Counted from the first letter of the stretch, positions 38,327 to 48,721 are shown. The stretch is 64,000 nucleotides of DNA from Blastocatellia bacterium (GCA_963765495.1 CAVXWP010000001.1:544001-608000); one strand, 5' to 3'. Numbers and translations are program-made. The notes: generated from the letters alone by a model not told the origin.

Positions 38327-39277
38327 GTGCTTGAGACCTTAGACAAATATATTCAAGAGCAACCCAACCGTGGCGGGCCGTTTTCCGCGCTGTTTGGCGG
38401 TGAGGGGCGTGATCGCCGCTTCTCAAAGATAGTTGTGATGTCGGTTGTGGGACATCTGATCGTTTTGACCGTGATCCTGCAACTCGATTTCTACTCCCTG
38501 CACCCGGACGCACCCGATGGAGGGCGCGAAACAAGCATAATAAAGTTTGTCGACCTTGCGCCGCCGCCTGATCGATTGCCGATGCGCCCCCCGCCCGAAC
38601 CTCCCGAACGCGCCGATCTCAAGAATATGACTTTCGACCCGGAGAACTCCGATGATACTCATCTGATCTCTCGCTCTCGAAACCCCGGCGCTGCGAGCGA
38701 AAAGCCTTCGCTTCCACAGCCGCCAAGACCATCGGTCGCCGAAACTCGGCCCCGAACGGTTTCGTCATCCGAACCCGCGACTCCGCCAAAGGCAAACGCC
38801 ACCCCGCCCGAAGTCTCTGTGGTGGCTCAAACGCCTCCGCCTCAGAATCAGCCCGCGCAGGCTGTGCCTCAGAACTCACCGGCCATAAACCCGCCTCCCG
38901 ACAGCCCCCCGAGTTACACTCAGGGGAGCGCGCGGCGCGGAGAGGGCGACGGAGCGCAGTCGCTTGGGCTTGAGGCGAGCAAGAGCCAGTATATCGCCTA
39001 TGTGCGGTCAAAGATCACCAGGGCAAATGAAAAGATAATCCCGCGCGATTGGATAAAGACCGTATTGACCGACAGGGTATCGGCCGATTTCGTGGTTACG
39101 CTCGGGCGCAACGGCGATATTTTATCCGCTCGTCTGGTCAGGAGATCGGGCTATACCACACTTGACAGCAAAGCCAGAGAAGCTATATACAATGCTAGGC
39201 CTTTCGAAGGCTACCCCCAAAACGCAGACGATACGATGACCATCACGGTGACGGTCTATTATGCCCCCACATGGTGA
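38327..39277 (+). CDS. TonB/TolA-like energy-transducer protein
   Basis: TM with SxxxH (SVVGHL), Pro-rich linker, C-terminal RRSGYTTLDSKAREAI. Confidence 0.78.
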   Translation: MLETLDKYIQEQPNRGGPFSALFGGEGRDRRFSKIVVMSVVGHLIVLTVILQLDFYSLHPDAPDGGRETSIIKFVDLAPPPDRLPMRPPPEPPERADLKNMTFDPENSDDTHLISRSRNPGAASEKPSLPQPPRPSVAETRPRTVSSSEPATPPKANATPPEVSVVAQTPPPQNQPAQAVPQNSPAINPPPDSPPSYTQGSARRGEGDGAQSLGLEASKSQYIAYVRSKITRANEKIIPRDWIKTVLTDRVSADFVVTLGRNGDILSARLVRRSGYTTLDSKAREAIYNARPFEGYPQNADDTMTITVTVYYAPTW

Positions 39278-39283
39278 ATTTCT

Positions 39284-41938
39284 ATGGGCATACTCAATGT
39301 ACCTTCACGGCTGAGACGCGGCCTTGCGCTCTCGGCGGTTGCGATCGTTTCGGGTTGTTTGCAACCTCTCTTGCTCGTCAGCTTTGCTCAGGCCGCAAGG
39401 GCTTCGCAAAGAGCAAACCCCGCTTCATCTTCCGATAAAAGAGACGGCTCTCGCCCGCGCAGGGTCGAAGACGGCAAGCCGGGTTTTGCCGTTACGGAGC
39501 CGGTGATTCGCATAGGTCTGATGACCGATGTGAATTCCATCTCGTTAAGCTCTCCGTCGGGCCTGCTCGTGCGCCGCCAAACCACAGACCCGAGTGATGC
39601 GGATGATGATCAACAGGTGGCGGGCGAATTACGCTTCGAGGTGCGAAGACTGAGCCCCGCGATTGCTGAAACCCGCGCAGCCCCTCGCCCCGTCCGTGCG
39701 AGCGCGTCTGTGTATCGCGCCGAAGTGGCTCTCGTCTCGACCCCCCGCGATGCTCGCAAGATCACCGATAAGCTGGGGAAGAAGTTTTACGAACCTGCGA
39801 CAACCGTCTACAACGATTCGACCGGGCAATACCGCGTGTTGATCGGGCGATTCAGCGACCGTCGTCAGGCAAACAATCTGGTTGACAGGCTGCGAAGCGC
39901 GGGTTTCACCGATGCCATCGTCGCCCTTGATGTCAATACGGCCGAACAGAGCGCGGCAAAGAGTTTAGAGTCAAGAAATTCAGATCCCCGCTATAGATCA
40001 AAACCGGCGAGCAAATCCGACCGTTCAGCCATTCGCGCTGACGCTCAGGACGTGAAAGACTCGCCTCAGAACAAATCTCAACAGGTAGTCGCATTCGAAG
40101 CAGACAAAATGATCACCTCAAGCGAAGCTGCGATAATAGTCGTGGCTGCCGATTCGGCAACGGACCGCAAAAGCGCGACAGGAGTAAGCTATCGGGCTGC
40201 GAATTATGAAGCGAGAGACGCGGCCCGCGAAGATAATCGCGCTGCGCTATCTGAAAGGCCGCCGCTCGTTAAGGTAGGCAAGACGGAATATCGCGGAGAG
40301 ATTCGCCTGATGCTCAACGAGCGCGGGCGGATAAACGTAGTCAACGTTTTGCCAATCGAATTGTATCTGCGCGGCGTCGTCCCCGAGGAGCTTCCGCCCG
40401 GCGCGTTCCCGGCTATCGAGGCGCTGAAGGCGCAGGCGGTCGCCGCCCGGACCTACGCTATGTCGCATATAAATCGTTATCAAAAGGAGGGCTTCGATCT
40501 GCGCGATGATGCTCGCTCGCAGGTATACGGAGGCTATTCGGCCGAGCAGCATTTGACAAACCGCGCCATAGAAGAGACCCGAGGCGTACTCGCGCTCTAT
40601 GAAGATGCAACAGGCCACCTTGCGCCCATCGAAGCGCTATACACATCAACCTGCGGCGGGCGGACTGAAAACAGCGAAGCCATCTTTCTGACCGACCCTG
40701 TTCCTTATCTGCGTTCGGTGGAATGCGCGCCCGACAGCCCTGTCGCCATCAGCCGCGAAATCAAAAGCAACTGGATGCCGGAACCGCTCACGGGCGCGGA
40801 CGGTCGCCTGCTCACTCGCGAAGTGGCATTGCTTGAGGTGCTCGGGTTTTCGCTTCCGCGCCGTGTGACAAAAGATTACTTGCGCGATTCGCCCGATCGA
40901 GACGAGACGCGGGGCTGGATAGAAAACGCGGCCCGTGTGATAGGACAGGCAAAGCTACAGCTTCCAAAAACGGACCTGTCGCGGCTGCCCGCGTTCGCCT
41001 CCGCGCTCGCTGTTGCTATTTATGGCGAACGCCGCGCAAGTTCGCTGCTCACACCGGCAGATGTGGATTATGTGATGGAGGGGATTGCAAACGAAGATGT
41101 GCCGCGTGATATGCGCGCCGATATAGCACTGCTGCTGAAGGAGGGACTGCTCCGGCTGCCTGCAAACGATAAGTTGAGCGCGCGCACTACGATCACACGC
41201 GGCTATGCGATAGAGACTATAGCGCGCGCCCTTCTGCTTAAGGCTCCGGCTTCGACATCGAGGTTTCAGGCGGGGCTTGTGCAATCGGTCAGAGACAATC
41301 GCGTATTGTTTAGCCAGCCAGGCGGATCGAAATCGAAGACGATAGACGACAAAAGCGAGGGGCTTGAAATAGAAAAAGGGGCGTGGTTGTTCCGCCGTCT
41401 TGGCGCTGAGAGCTACTCGGTTGACCATCTGAAATTGATAGGCAGCGAGCGCGTGGCTTATCACCTGAACGCAAACGGGCGGATTGACTTTCTCGAAGCC
41501 GAGCTTGCCGAACGCGGCGCATCAAGCGACAGCGGTTCAAGCGTATCCGAATGGCGTGAGCGCGTCAGCGTAGAAGATATGCAGAAGAGGCTCGCTCGTG
41601 CGGGCGTGAGCGCGGGCGAATTGCAAGACCTCGACCCCGTAGGGTACGGAGTTTCGAACCGCGTGATCGAGTTAAACGTGATAGGCAGCAAAGGCAGCGC
41701 GCGGCTTCGCGGCTACAAGATACGCACGGCGCTCGGTCTGAAAGAAAACCTCTTTGTGATAGACCGCGAGCGCGACGATCAGGGCCGCATCAAAGCATTC
41801 ATATTTACGGGGCGCGGCTGGGGTCACGGAGTCGGCATGTGCCAGACCGGAGCCTACGGCCTGGCAAAAGAAGGCTATTCCTACAGGGACATTCTCCAAA
41901 AATACTACACGGGGATAAAGGTGCAGCGCGCCTACTAG
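39284..41938 (+). CDS. SpoIID/LytB-family lytic transglycosylase with SPOR domain
   Basis: SPOR motif YRVLIGRF; YRG, YLRGVVPEE, ALKAQAVAARTYA, SQVYGG and GWGHGVGMCQTGA. Confidence 0.9.
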   Translation: MGILNVPSRLRRGLALSAVAIVSGCLQPLLLVSFAQAARASQRANPASSSDKRDGSRPRRVEDGKPGFAVTEPVIRIGLMTDVNSISLSSPSGLLVRRQTTDPSDADDDQQVAGELRFEVRRLSPAIAETRAAPRPVRASASVYRAEVALVSTPRDARKITDKLGKKFYEPATTVYNDSTGQYRVLIGRFSDRRQANNLVDRLRSAGFTDAIVALDVNTAEQSAAKSLESRNSDPRYRSKPASKSDRSAIRADAQDVKDSPQNKSQQVVAFEADKMITSSEAAIIVVAADSATDRKSATGVSYRAANYEARDAAREDNRAALSERPPLVKVGKTEYRGEIRLMLNERGRINVVNVLPIELYLRGVVPEELPPGAFPAIEALKAQAVAARTYAMSHINRYQKEGFDLRDDARSQVYGGYSAEQHLTNRAIEETRGVLALYEDATGHLAPIEALYTSTCGGRTENSEAIFLTDPVPYLRSVECAPDSPVAISREIKSNWMPEPLTGADGRLLTREVALLEVLGFSLPRRVTKDYLRDSPDRDETRGWIENAARVIGQAKLQLPKTDLSRLPAFASALAVAIYGERRASSLLTPADVDYVMEGIANEDVPRDMRADIALLLKEGLLRLPANDKLSARTTITRGYAIETIARALLLKAPASTSRFQAGLVQSVRDNRVLFSQPGGSKSKTIDDKSEGLEIEKGAWLFRRLGAESYSVDHLKLIGSERVAYHLNANGRIDFLEAELAERGASSDSGSSVSEWRERVSVEDMQKRLARAGVSAGELQDLDPVGYGVSNRVIELNVIGSKGSARLRGYKIRTALGLKENLFVIDRERDDQGRIKAFIFTGRGWGHGVGMCQTGAYGLAKEGYSYRDILQKYYTGIKVQRAY

Positions 41939-42095
41939 GCAGTAGGTAGTAGGCAGTTTTTTAAGGATACATATCGCTTTCCAGCCAACTGCATGATCAG
42001 AGCAATTGGAATAGGCCACGGATGACGCAGATCAGACGGATTTACGCGGATCGGATCATGCCTTCAATATAACTGCCTACTGCCTACCGCCTACT
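41935..42095. repeat. Heptamer (TAGGCAG / CTGCCTA) inverted arms enclosing a nonamer run, between convergent genes
   Basis: TAGGCAG TAGGTAG TAGGCAG … CTGCCTA CTGCCTA CCGCCTA, with internal CACGGAT / CGCAGAT / ACGGAT / GCGGAT units. Confidence 0.6.
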
Positions 42096-43387
42096 GTTTG
42101 TGGTCCTTGGGGGATAGGGATTCCGAAATTTACCGGAGCGCGCGGACCGCGATAAATCAGAGTAATGTCGCCGAGCCGCACCTCATATCCGTCGAGTAGC
42201 CACTGCTCGCTCACGCGCTTTCCGTTGACGTAAGTCCCGTTGGTTGATTGCAGATCGCTTATGTAAAAATAGCCGGTCGGGTGCCAGATCACGCGCGCGT
42301 GATGTTTCGATACGGAAGGGTGGTCTATCACAAATTCATTGTCGAGCGTCTTGCCTACGTTGACCTGTGCGCGATTGATGACAAACAACACTTCTTCCAT
42401 ACCTGTTTGACTCACCCCGATGAAATGCGGCTGTTGCAGATGAGGAGCCTGCGGAGCCCACGGATTTTGAGCCGCCGCGCGAGGCACTTCAAAGGTCGCG
42501 CCGCAGAAGGTACAAAACCTTGCGCCCGGCACACACTGCCTCCCGCAAGAGCGGCACTGGCGATGAAATCCCTGACTGGCCGCGTTGGCCTGCGGCAAGC
42601 GATTTCCGCAGGCCACGCATTGCGCGCCGGAAAGCCCTATGGCTCCGCACTGCTCACAGTTAACAGGAAGCGTGAGCAACTGCGTGCCTGCGCGATGCGG
42701 CGAACGTTTTACCGCGCGGATGATGCTCACCTCTACATAGACAAACATCAGAACCATCAGCAGCAACACGAGCAGCGCCACTGCCACGCCGCCCAGCACA
42801 TTTGTGGAACTGAGCAGCGTGTCGAACAGACCGTGCATGAAGGCGGCCAGCAGCCAGCCTCCGATCAATATTCTTGCGCGCTTGCCCGGGAGGTTTGACG
42901 AAGCCTTTGCCCGGCTCATCGCAAGCCCCCAGAACGCGGCAAAAAAGGCGTGTCCGGGATTCGACAGCGGAGCGCGAAGCAGTATAACTCCCTGACCTGC
43001 CTGCGACAGGTAAAGTATATTTTCGATTGCCGCGAAACCGAGCGCCGCCGCCGCGCTGTAGACCACTCCATCGGCCGGTTCATCGAAATAGGAAAGGCGA
43101 TAGGCATAAAGGAAAACGGCGAGGAATTTCAATCCTTCCTCGACCGGCCCCACAACAGAAAAGAACATCGCAGCCTTGCCCAACTCTTCGCCGAATACTG
43201 ATCCGAAAACCAGATAGACAAACGAGCCCAGAAGTGTGTTGAGGATAAAGGCGGGGATAGTGGCGAGCGCCCCGGCGGCAAATGTCCCGGCCACATGGCG
43301 GATCGGCTCGCGGTCATACCAGTCCTGAATATAGAAGAACGCGAGCCAGATCAAACAGGGAAAGATTGAAAGGACTAAAGTAAGCAT
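42077..43387 (-). CDS. PrsW-family intramembrane metalloprotease + double zinc ribbon + FHA
   Basis: EEGLK, GFAAIEN, GHAFF and HGLFD; four CxxC pairs; FHA VGK…SVSKHHA…DLQSTNGTYVNG. Confidence 0.88.
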   Translation of the reverse strand: MLTLVLSIFPCLIWLAFFYIQDWYDREPIRHVAGTFAAGALATIPAFILNTLLGSFVYLVFGSVFGEELGKAAMFFSVVGPVEEGLKFLAVFLYAYRLSYFDEPADGVVYSAAAALGFAAIENILYLSQAGQGVILLRAPLSNPGHAFFAAFWGLAMSRAKASSNLPGKRARILIGGWLLAAFMHGLFDTLLSSTNVLGGVAVALLVLLLMVLMFVYVEVSIIRAVKRSPHRAGTQLLTLPVNCEQCGAIGLSGAQCVACGNRLPQANAASQGFHRQCRSCGRQCVPGARFCTFCGATFEVPRAAAQNPWAPQAPHLQQPHFIGVSQTGMEEVLFVINRAQVNVGKTLDNEFVIDHPSVSKHHARVIWHPTGYFYISDLQSTNGTYVNGKRVSEQWLLDGYEVRLGDITLIYRGPRAPVNFGIPIPQGPQTVGGRQ

Positions 43388-43395
43388 ATTAGAAA

Positions 43396-43551
43396 GGATG
43401 AAGGATGAAGGATTTCAGAAGGGATGAGGGGTGAGGGATGAGGGATGAAAAAGAGTCTAAGGGCATATTCCGATTAGGTGTTTTGACCAATTATCGGAGT
43501 TTTCCCCTACAGTCCTTTTCATCCCTCATCGCTCACCCCTCATCCCTCACC
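43396..43551. repeat. Inverted heptamer-armed element (GGATGAG / CTCATCC arms)
   Basis: GGGATGA GGGGTGA GGGATGA GGGATGA … TCATCCC TCATCGC TCACCCC TCATCCC. Confidence 0.75.
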
Positions 43552-45273
43552 TTACTCTGTACGCTTAATTATCATCAGCGTCATGTCATCGACAGGCGCT
43601 GTGGTGCCGACGAAACGCGACAGCGCCTCGTCTATGCGGTCGCGGATGCCGGAGGCCGAGCGGTGCATATTGTTCTTGATCACATCCAGCAGCCGCCAGT
43701 CCTCGAACTCTTCATCTCGTTCGTTCACAGATTCCGTGATGCCGTCGCTGTAGATAACCAGCACATCGCCCGGCTCAAGCGTCACCGAGTCTTCCTCATA
43801 CGTGGTTCCCTTCATCAACCCTACGGGCAGACCGCCCTTGTCAAGCCCGAGCACCTCGCCCGTCCTGCGCACGAGTATCGGAGTGTTATGGCCACCGTTG
43901 GCATAGGTGAGACGGCCCGTCAACGGGTCAAGTTCGCTATAGAAAAGCGTGAGGTATTTGTTTGAAGGCGAATTTTCCTGGATATATTGATTGATCTCGG
44001 CCATCACTTCGCTGATCGAGGCAAGCACCTGCGATTGCGCGCGCACTGCCGCGTGTAGCGACGACATCAAAAGCGCCGCGCCCGTACCCTTGCCCGACAC
44101 ATCGCCCACGGCCAGAATCAGGCGATTGTCGCGCTTGCGATAGATGTAATCGTAATAATCTCCGCCTATTTCGCGACAGGGAAAGGAGACAGCCGTCATG
44201 TCCCAGCCCGCAAGAGCCGGAGCCTCGACAGGCTGCAACCGCATCTGGATTTCGCTTGCGACCTTCAGTTCTTCTTCCATCCGCCGCTTTTCCATGCGCT
44301 CTTCGAGCAGGCGCTCGTGCTCGATCTTGATGCTTGCGACGGAGGCGATAGTGGTCAACACGTTGAGGTCCTGTTCGGTAAAACGGCTGTCGAAGGGATT
44401 ATCTACGTAGATCATGCCAAAGGTCTCTTCGCCTGAGGCAAGAGGGACGGCCATCACAGAGCGAATCTGGCTGAGCACCACGGAATTCTGAGACTGAAAG
44501 CGCGGATCGTGCATGGCATCTGAGGTAAGCACGCTGGCTTTTTCGCCTACGACCTTGTTTGTGATCGAGCGACTTATCTGGACCTGCGAGGCTGTGGGCA
44601 GAGCACCGACGTGGCCGCCACGCGCTATCTTGCAACTGAGGTCGTCGCCTTCTTTGAGAAAGAGAAACCCGCGCTCGGCGGGCACGGCCTGAAAGACTAT
44701 GTCTATGGTCATCTTCAAGGTATCTTCGAGCGAGGTCGTGGGAAGCAGGGCCACGCCTACCTGAGAGACTATGCTCAGAAGGTCGCGTCCCGTCGTATCG
44801 GCCGCCATCACGGTTTGCGCGCCCGCAACTCTACGCATTTCGCCCGAGATCTGTCCCGATTGAATCGAAGAGATCAAATCGGTAGTTGCGCGATTTGGTA
44901 TTGACGCGGTTATTGTATCGGCAGGGAGGCGAGCGGCATCCGGCCCCGAAAGAAAGACGGTCGCGCCCGACAGCATCGCCTGGTCGCCCGAGGCAAACTC
45001 TATTTCGGTTTCGCCTATGCGAATGACATCGCCTACGTGAAGTTGCACGGTCCCGCTCACGCGATGCCCGTTCAGGAAAGTGCCGTTGGCGCTGCCTCTA
45101 TCAACGAGAACCACGTGATCGTTTTCGTTGAGGAGTTCGGCGTGGAGGCGGGAGGCAAAGGGGTCGCCTATACAGATGTCGTTGCGCGAGGAGCGGCCTA
45201 TCGTCAGCCTCATCTTGTTCAGCTTGACGACTGACGGCTCATAATCTTTTGGTCGAACGATGAAAGTTGACAT
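43552..45273 (-). CDS. FHA-GAF-SpoIIE (PP2C) protein phosphatase
   Basis: FHA IGRS…SRLHA…SANGT; GAF IRSVMAVPL; PP2C GGDYYD, DVSGKG, YSDG and DDMT. Confidence 0.92.
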   Translation of the reverse strand: MSTFIVRPKDYEPSVVKLNKMRLTIGRSSRNDICIGDPFASRLHAELLNENDHVVLVDRGSANGTFLNGHRVSGTVQLHVGDVIRIGETEIEFASGDQAMLSGATVFLSGPDAARLPADTITASIPNRATTDLISSIQSGQISGEMRRVAGAQTVMAADTTGRDLLSIVSQVGVALLPTTSLEDTLKMTIDIVFQAVPAERGFLFLKEGDDLSCKIARGGHVGALPTASQVQISRSITNKVVGEKASVLTSDAMHDPRFQSQNSVVLSQIRSVMAVPLASGEETFGMIYVDNPFDSRFTEQDLNVLTTIASVASIKIEHERLLEERMEKRRMEEELKVASEIQMRLQPVEAPALAGWDMTAVSFPCREIGGDYYDYIYRKRDNRLILAVGDVSGKGTGAALLMSSLHAAVRAQSQVLASISEVMAEINQYIQENSPSNKYLTLFYSELDPLTGRLTYANGGHNTPILVRRTGEVLGLDKGGLPVGLMKGTTYEEDSVTLEPGDVLVIYSDGITESVNERDEEFEDWRLLDVIKNNMHRSASGIRDRIDEALSRFVGTTAPVDDMTLMIIKRTE

Positions 45274-45283
45274 AGAAAATACC

Positions 45284-45385
45284 GTGATGCGTGATTAGTG
45301 ATGCGTGAAACGTGATTTACCAGAACGGCAAGCTGTCTTTAACAGCCACCTGCCTGAAAATCACGAATCACGAATCGCGAATCAC
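45284..45385 (+). repeat. Heptamer-armed dispersed repeat, family A copy 3
   Basis: GTGANNC arms; core GTGATTTACCAGAACGGCAAGCTG…GCCTGAAAATCAC; TCACGAA arms. Confidence 0.78.
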
Positions 45386-45388
45386 TAA

Positions 45389-46162
45389 TTATCTCGATAC
45401 CACAACCAGAGTGTGGGCGAGTTTGTCGTGCCAGCCCTGCTGACGCTTATCCCACAGTATCCACAGGAAACCGAGCGAGAAGCCTATCAACGAGAGCGGA
45501 TAACCGATGAGGTGGCGCACCATTGCGTCCTTTCGGGTAAAGGGACTGCCGTCTGTGCGCACTATTCGGATGCCGAGAATGCGCATGCCTGCGCTTTGCC
45601 CGTTGAACCCGGCGAAGACGACAAAATTCAATATGAACAGCAACAGTGTCATCAGCAAAACGATTAAGAGATCGCGATTAGAGCCGACCACCGATTTATG
45701 GCTCAACGCCGTTATGATGAACGTAAAGGTCATCATCGCAATGAGCGTAATCAGAAAGTCGAACATCCACGCGCCGTAGCGCAGCCCGAATCCAGCCTGC
45801 TCAAGCCTGCCGACCAGCGAGTGCGTGGGCGGAGCAAGTCGCCCCGAGGCTACGCGAGTTGCGACCGTGCGGGGGCCGGTTCGCGAGATCGAGGAGCGCG
45901 CAGGCGTTTCGGCCACAGGCTGAGCCGATCTGTTTGCGGAAGTTCGGGCGCTGTCGGATTGCGGGCGAGCCGACGGTTCTACGCCAAGAGCGGTGGTATC
46001 GCGACGTCCGGGCGAAGCCTTACCGCATTGCGGGCAGAATTTTGACCGCGCTCCGAGTTCTCTGCCGCAGTATGGACAGAAACGGGGGTGGTTGACCGCC
46101 TTGTGGTCGCTCCCCTTGTGCTCAACCCCTTCCGGCATCAAAGGATTTCTCTCTCCGCTCAA
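45389..46162 (-). CDS. Zinc-ribbon + RDD family membrane protein
   Basis: FCPYCG…FCPQCG; AGFGLRYGAWMFD, GQSAGMRILGIRIV and QGWHDKLAHTLVV. Confidence 0.88.
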   Translation of the reverse strand: MSGERNPLMPEGVEHKGSDHKAVNHPRFCPYCGRELGARSKFCPQCGKASPGRRDTTALGVEPSARPQSDSARTSANRSAQPVAETPARSSISRTGPRTVATRVASGRLAPPTHSLVGRLEQAGFGLRYGAWMFDFLITLIAMMTFTFIITALSHKSVVGSNRDLLIVLLMTLLLFILNFVVFAGFNGQSAGMRILGIRIVRTDGSPFTRKDAMVRHLIGYPLSLIGFSLGFLWILWDKRQQGWHDKLAHTLVVVSR

Positions 46163-46178
46163 TAAAGACTAACTTACC

Positions 46179-47807
46179 TCAGACGATCATGAATTTCAAA
46201 GTGGTTCCGCCGAGCTTAAGCTCGTCACCGACGGAGAGCACACGCGGAGACTTGGTGTTGAGTCTTATGGAACCGCCGCTGATTGAGTTGATTATTGTGC
46301 CGTTGACAGAACCGAGGTCTTCTACGAGAAACTGCTCGCCCTGGCGATATATTCTTGCGTGACGGCGCGATACCTTTGTCTCGGGGTCGTGCATGGTCAG
46401 GTCGATCTCCGGGAATATCCCCGTATGCGGATCGGTGCGTCCTATGAGAACGCTCTCTTTGTCTATCATGAAAGGCTTTACCATGTCGGTAGTACCCACG
46501 ACTACGAGTTGAGCCGTCACGCGCCCTGCCGGGGTGAGTCCGGTTCCCGTCCCTAGAGGCGCGCCGCTGTTTGCAATCGGCTGCCGAGACCCGCAATGGG
46601 CGCAGTACACATCTTCCGCCCCGATCTTTTCTCCACAGTGGCCGCAAAAGACCCAGTCGGTTCCGGGTCCAGCCGCAGACGAAGTGGCGGCGGGCGCTCC
46701 GGCGCGGGACTCGCTTGCGGCTTCAAGCCTCGCAGACGAAGCCGTGCTTGCCGCGCGCTCTCTGGACGGCACAGGCCCAGGCGCGGGGGACTCGGCCCGG
46801 CCTTCCATCATTTCGCTGTGCGCCTCCAATGCCTTCATAAATTCAAGCGCCGAGGCGGGCCGGTCTTCGGGCTTATGCGCCACCGACCTCATCAATAGCT
46901 CTTCCATCTCAGGCGTGATTTTAGGATTTATCTGAGACGGTCGAGGGTTCTTGCTGAAATCGAAAATGAGCAGCGGGTTGTCCTGCGGGTCGGAGCCTGT
47001 CAGCATGTGAAACATCGTGGCTCCGAGCGAGTAGAGGTCCGAGCGCGGCTCGACTTTACCGGCAAACAATTCAGGCGGCGCGTATCCCATAGTCCCTATC
47101 GCGGTCACGCCCTTTTCCGTAGGCCGGACTATACGGGCGATGCCGAAATCCACAAGCATGACGCGGCCCGTCCTGTCATCGAGCATCAGGTTTGCAGGCT
47201 TGAGATCGCGATAAATTATGGGCGGCTTCTGTGAATGTATGTAATGCAAAACATCACAGATTTGAACTGCCCATTTTGTGACCTTGCTCTCTTCGACCAG
47301 ACCACTATGATGGCGCATCTGATCGGCCAGATCGCCGCCGCCTATCCACCTCATTACGAGGTAATACCGCCCGCCTTCAATGAAGTAATCGAATATAGTG
47401 GGGATCGAGGGGTGATCGAGTTGCGCGAGCACTTCGGCCTCGCGTTTGAAGTCTTCGACGGCCTTGGCCCGCTGGCTCTGGTCGGCGAACATCTCGATCA
47501 TTTCCTTTACGGCGCATAGCCGGTCGGCGAGGCGTTTGTCGCGTGCTTGATAGACGCTCCCCATGCCGCCCCCGCCCACGCGTTTGACGATAGAGTATCT
47601 ATCCAGTAAAAGAGTGCCCGGCTCAAGCTGATTGCCGGCCGACTTTTTAGGTCTTTTCGACTCAGGCATACGATCCTCGCCGCGTCTTGCGCGCGCTGTT
47701 ACTACAATAGGGGGAGGTGGCAGAAAATCCGGGTCCTGTCTCGCGCCACACTCACCGCAAAATGGGTCTCCCGGCTGCACCTGAGAGCCGCATTCAGGAC
47801 AATACAT
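46179..47807 (-). CDS. Zinc-ribbon Ser/Thr protein kinase with second zinc ribbon and C-terminal FHA
   Basis: CPECG…CGECG; GGGGMGSVY, AVKE, YRDLKPAN, DFG and GYAPPE; FCGHCG…YCAHCG; FHA IGR…VSRRHA…DLGSVNGT. Confidence 0.93.
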   Translation of the reverse strand: MYCPECGSQVQPGDPFCGECGARQDPDFLPPPPIVVTARARRGEDRMPESKRPKKSAGNQLEPGTLLLDRYSIVKRVGGGGMGSVYQARDKRLADRLCAVKEMIEMFADQSQRAKAVEDFKREAEVLAQLDHPSIPTIFDYFIEGGRYYLVMRWIGGGDLADQMRHHSGLVEESKVTKWAVQICDVLHYIHSQKPPIIYRDLKPANLMLDDRTGRVMLVDFGIARIVRPTEKGVTAIGTMGYAPPELFAGKVEPRSDLYSLGATMFHMLTGSDPQDNPLLIFDFSKNPRPSQINPKITPEMEELLMRSVAHKPEDRPASALEFMKALEAHSEMMEGRAESPAPGPVPSRERAASTASSARLEAASESRAGAPAATSSAAGPGTDWVFCGHCGEKIGAEDVYCAHCGSRQPIANSGAPLGTGTGLTPAGRVTAQLVVVGTTDMVKPFMIDKESVLIGRTDPHTGIFPEIDLTMHDPETKVSRRHARIYRQGEQFLVEDLGSVNGTIINSISGGSIRLNTKSPRVLSVGDELKLGGTTLKFMIV

Positions 47808-47875
47808 ACCGCATGAAAAAAAGACCGTCCGAACAGATCAACCTTCCAGTGTCCAGTAATTCGGACGTTGTCCAT

Positions 47876-48721
47876 CTATCTGAGAATCTGAAACTTCAGA
47901 AAGGTTTTGCCGACGATAACCTCGTCACCATTCTGGAGCATGTGCCGTTTACCGGGCAGCAACCTCCGGCCGCGATTGACGAACGTGCCGTTGGTCGAGC
48001 CCAGGTCTTCGATGAAGTACTGCCCGTTATGATTGATGATGCGCGCGTGACGCCTGGAAATCTTCGCCTCCGGGTCGTCCTCGTCAAGGTCAACGTCGGG
48101 GAAGATCCCGCTGTCGGCGTCCCATCGCCCGATATTTGTCTCTATGCCGGTGATGGGAAATTCTCTGCCTATGCGACCGCCCCGCTCGATCATCAGCTTT
48201 GCGGTCACGCGCGGATTTGCCGACTGATGAGACTGCTGATTTTCAGAGCGCAATCCATCGGTCGCTCCGCGCCCCGACAGCACATAGGTCTGCGCCGAGC
48301 CTGCCGCGTTCGCCTCCGGCAGTTTCGGTTCGTTCGGCACGCGGTAATGATCCGGTCTGTTCGGGCGCGGCGCGGACCGCTCTTCCACATCATTACGGCG
48401 GTCACGTAGAAAACGAGGCTCTATATTGTCTGCCCCTTCTTCTTCGACTCTTTCCGGCGGCCTTTGATCTCTCGCAGGCATGGCCGGTTTCGGTATGCTC
48501 GTAGAGGTGGTAAACGACGGCGGAGTGGGCGGCGGCCCCTCTATGGTCCTTGATGACAGATGATCATTTTGCACGGCGCTCGGCGGCTGATAGATAGGCG
48601 GTTCGACACTATCACGAATATTGGGCGCGGGCGGCGGATTAGCTTCCAGTCTCATGCCGCACTCGTCACAATATTCGCTGCCGTCAATATTTTCTGTTCT
48701 ACAGTTATTGCACCTGATCAT
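47876..48721 (-). CDS. Zinc-ribbon + FHA adaptor protein
   Basis: CNNC…CDECG, disordered Pro/Thr linker, FHA IGRWD…ISRRHA…DLGSTNGTFVN. Start set at ATG 48721. Confidence 0.88.
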   Translation of the reverse strand: MIRCNNCRTENIDGSEYCDECGMRLEANPPPAPNIRDSVEPPIYQPPSAVQNDHLSSRTIEGPPPTPPSFTTSTSIPKPAMPARDQRPPERVEEEGADNIEPRFLRDRRNDVEERSAPRPNRPDHYRVPNEPKLPEANAAGSAQTYVLSGRGATDGLRSENQQSHQSANPRVTAKLMIERGGRIGREFPITGIETNIGRWDADSGIFPDVDLDEDDPEAKISRRHARIINHNGQYFIEDLGSTNGTFVNRGRRLLPGKRHMLQNGDEVIVGKTFLKFQILR

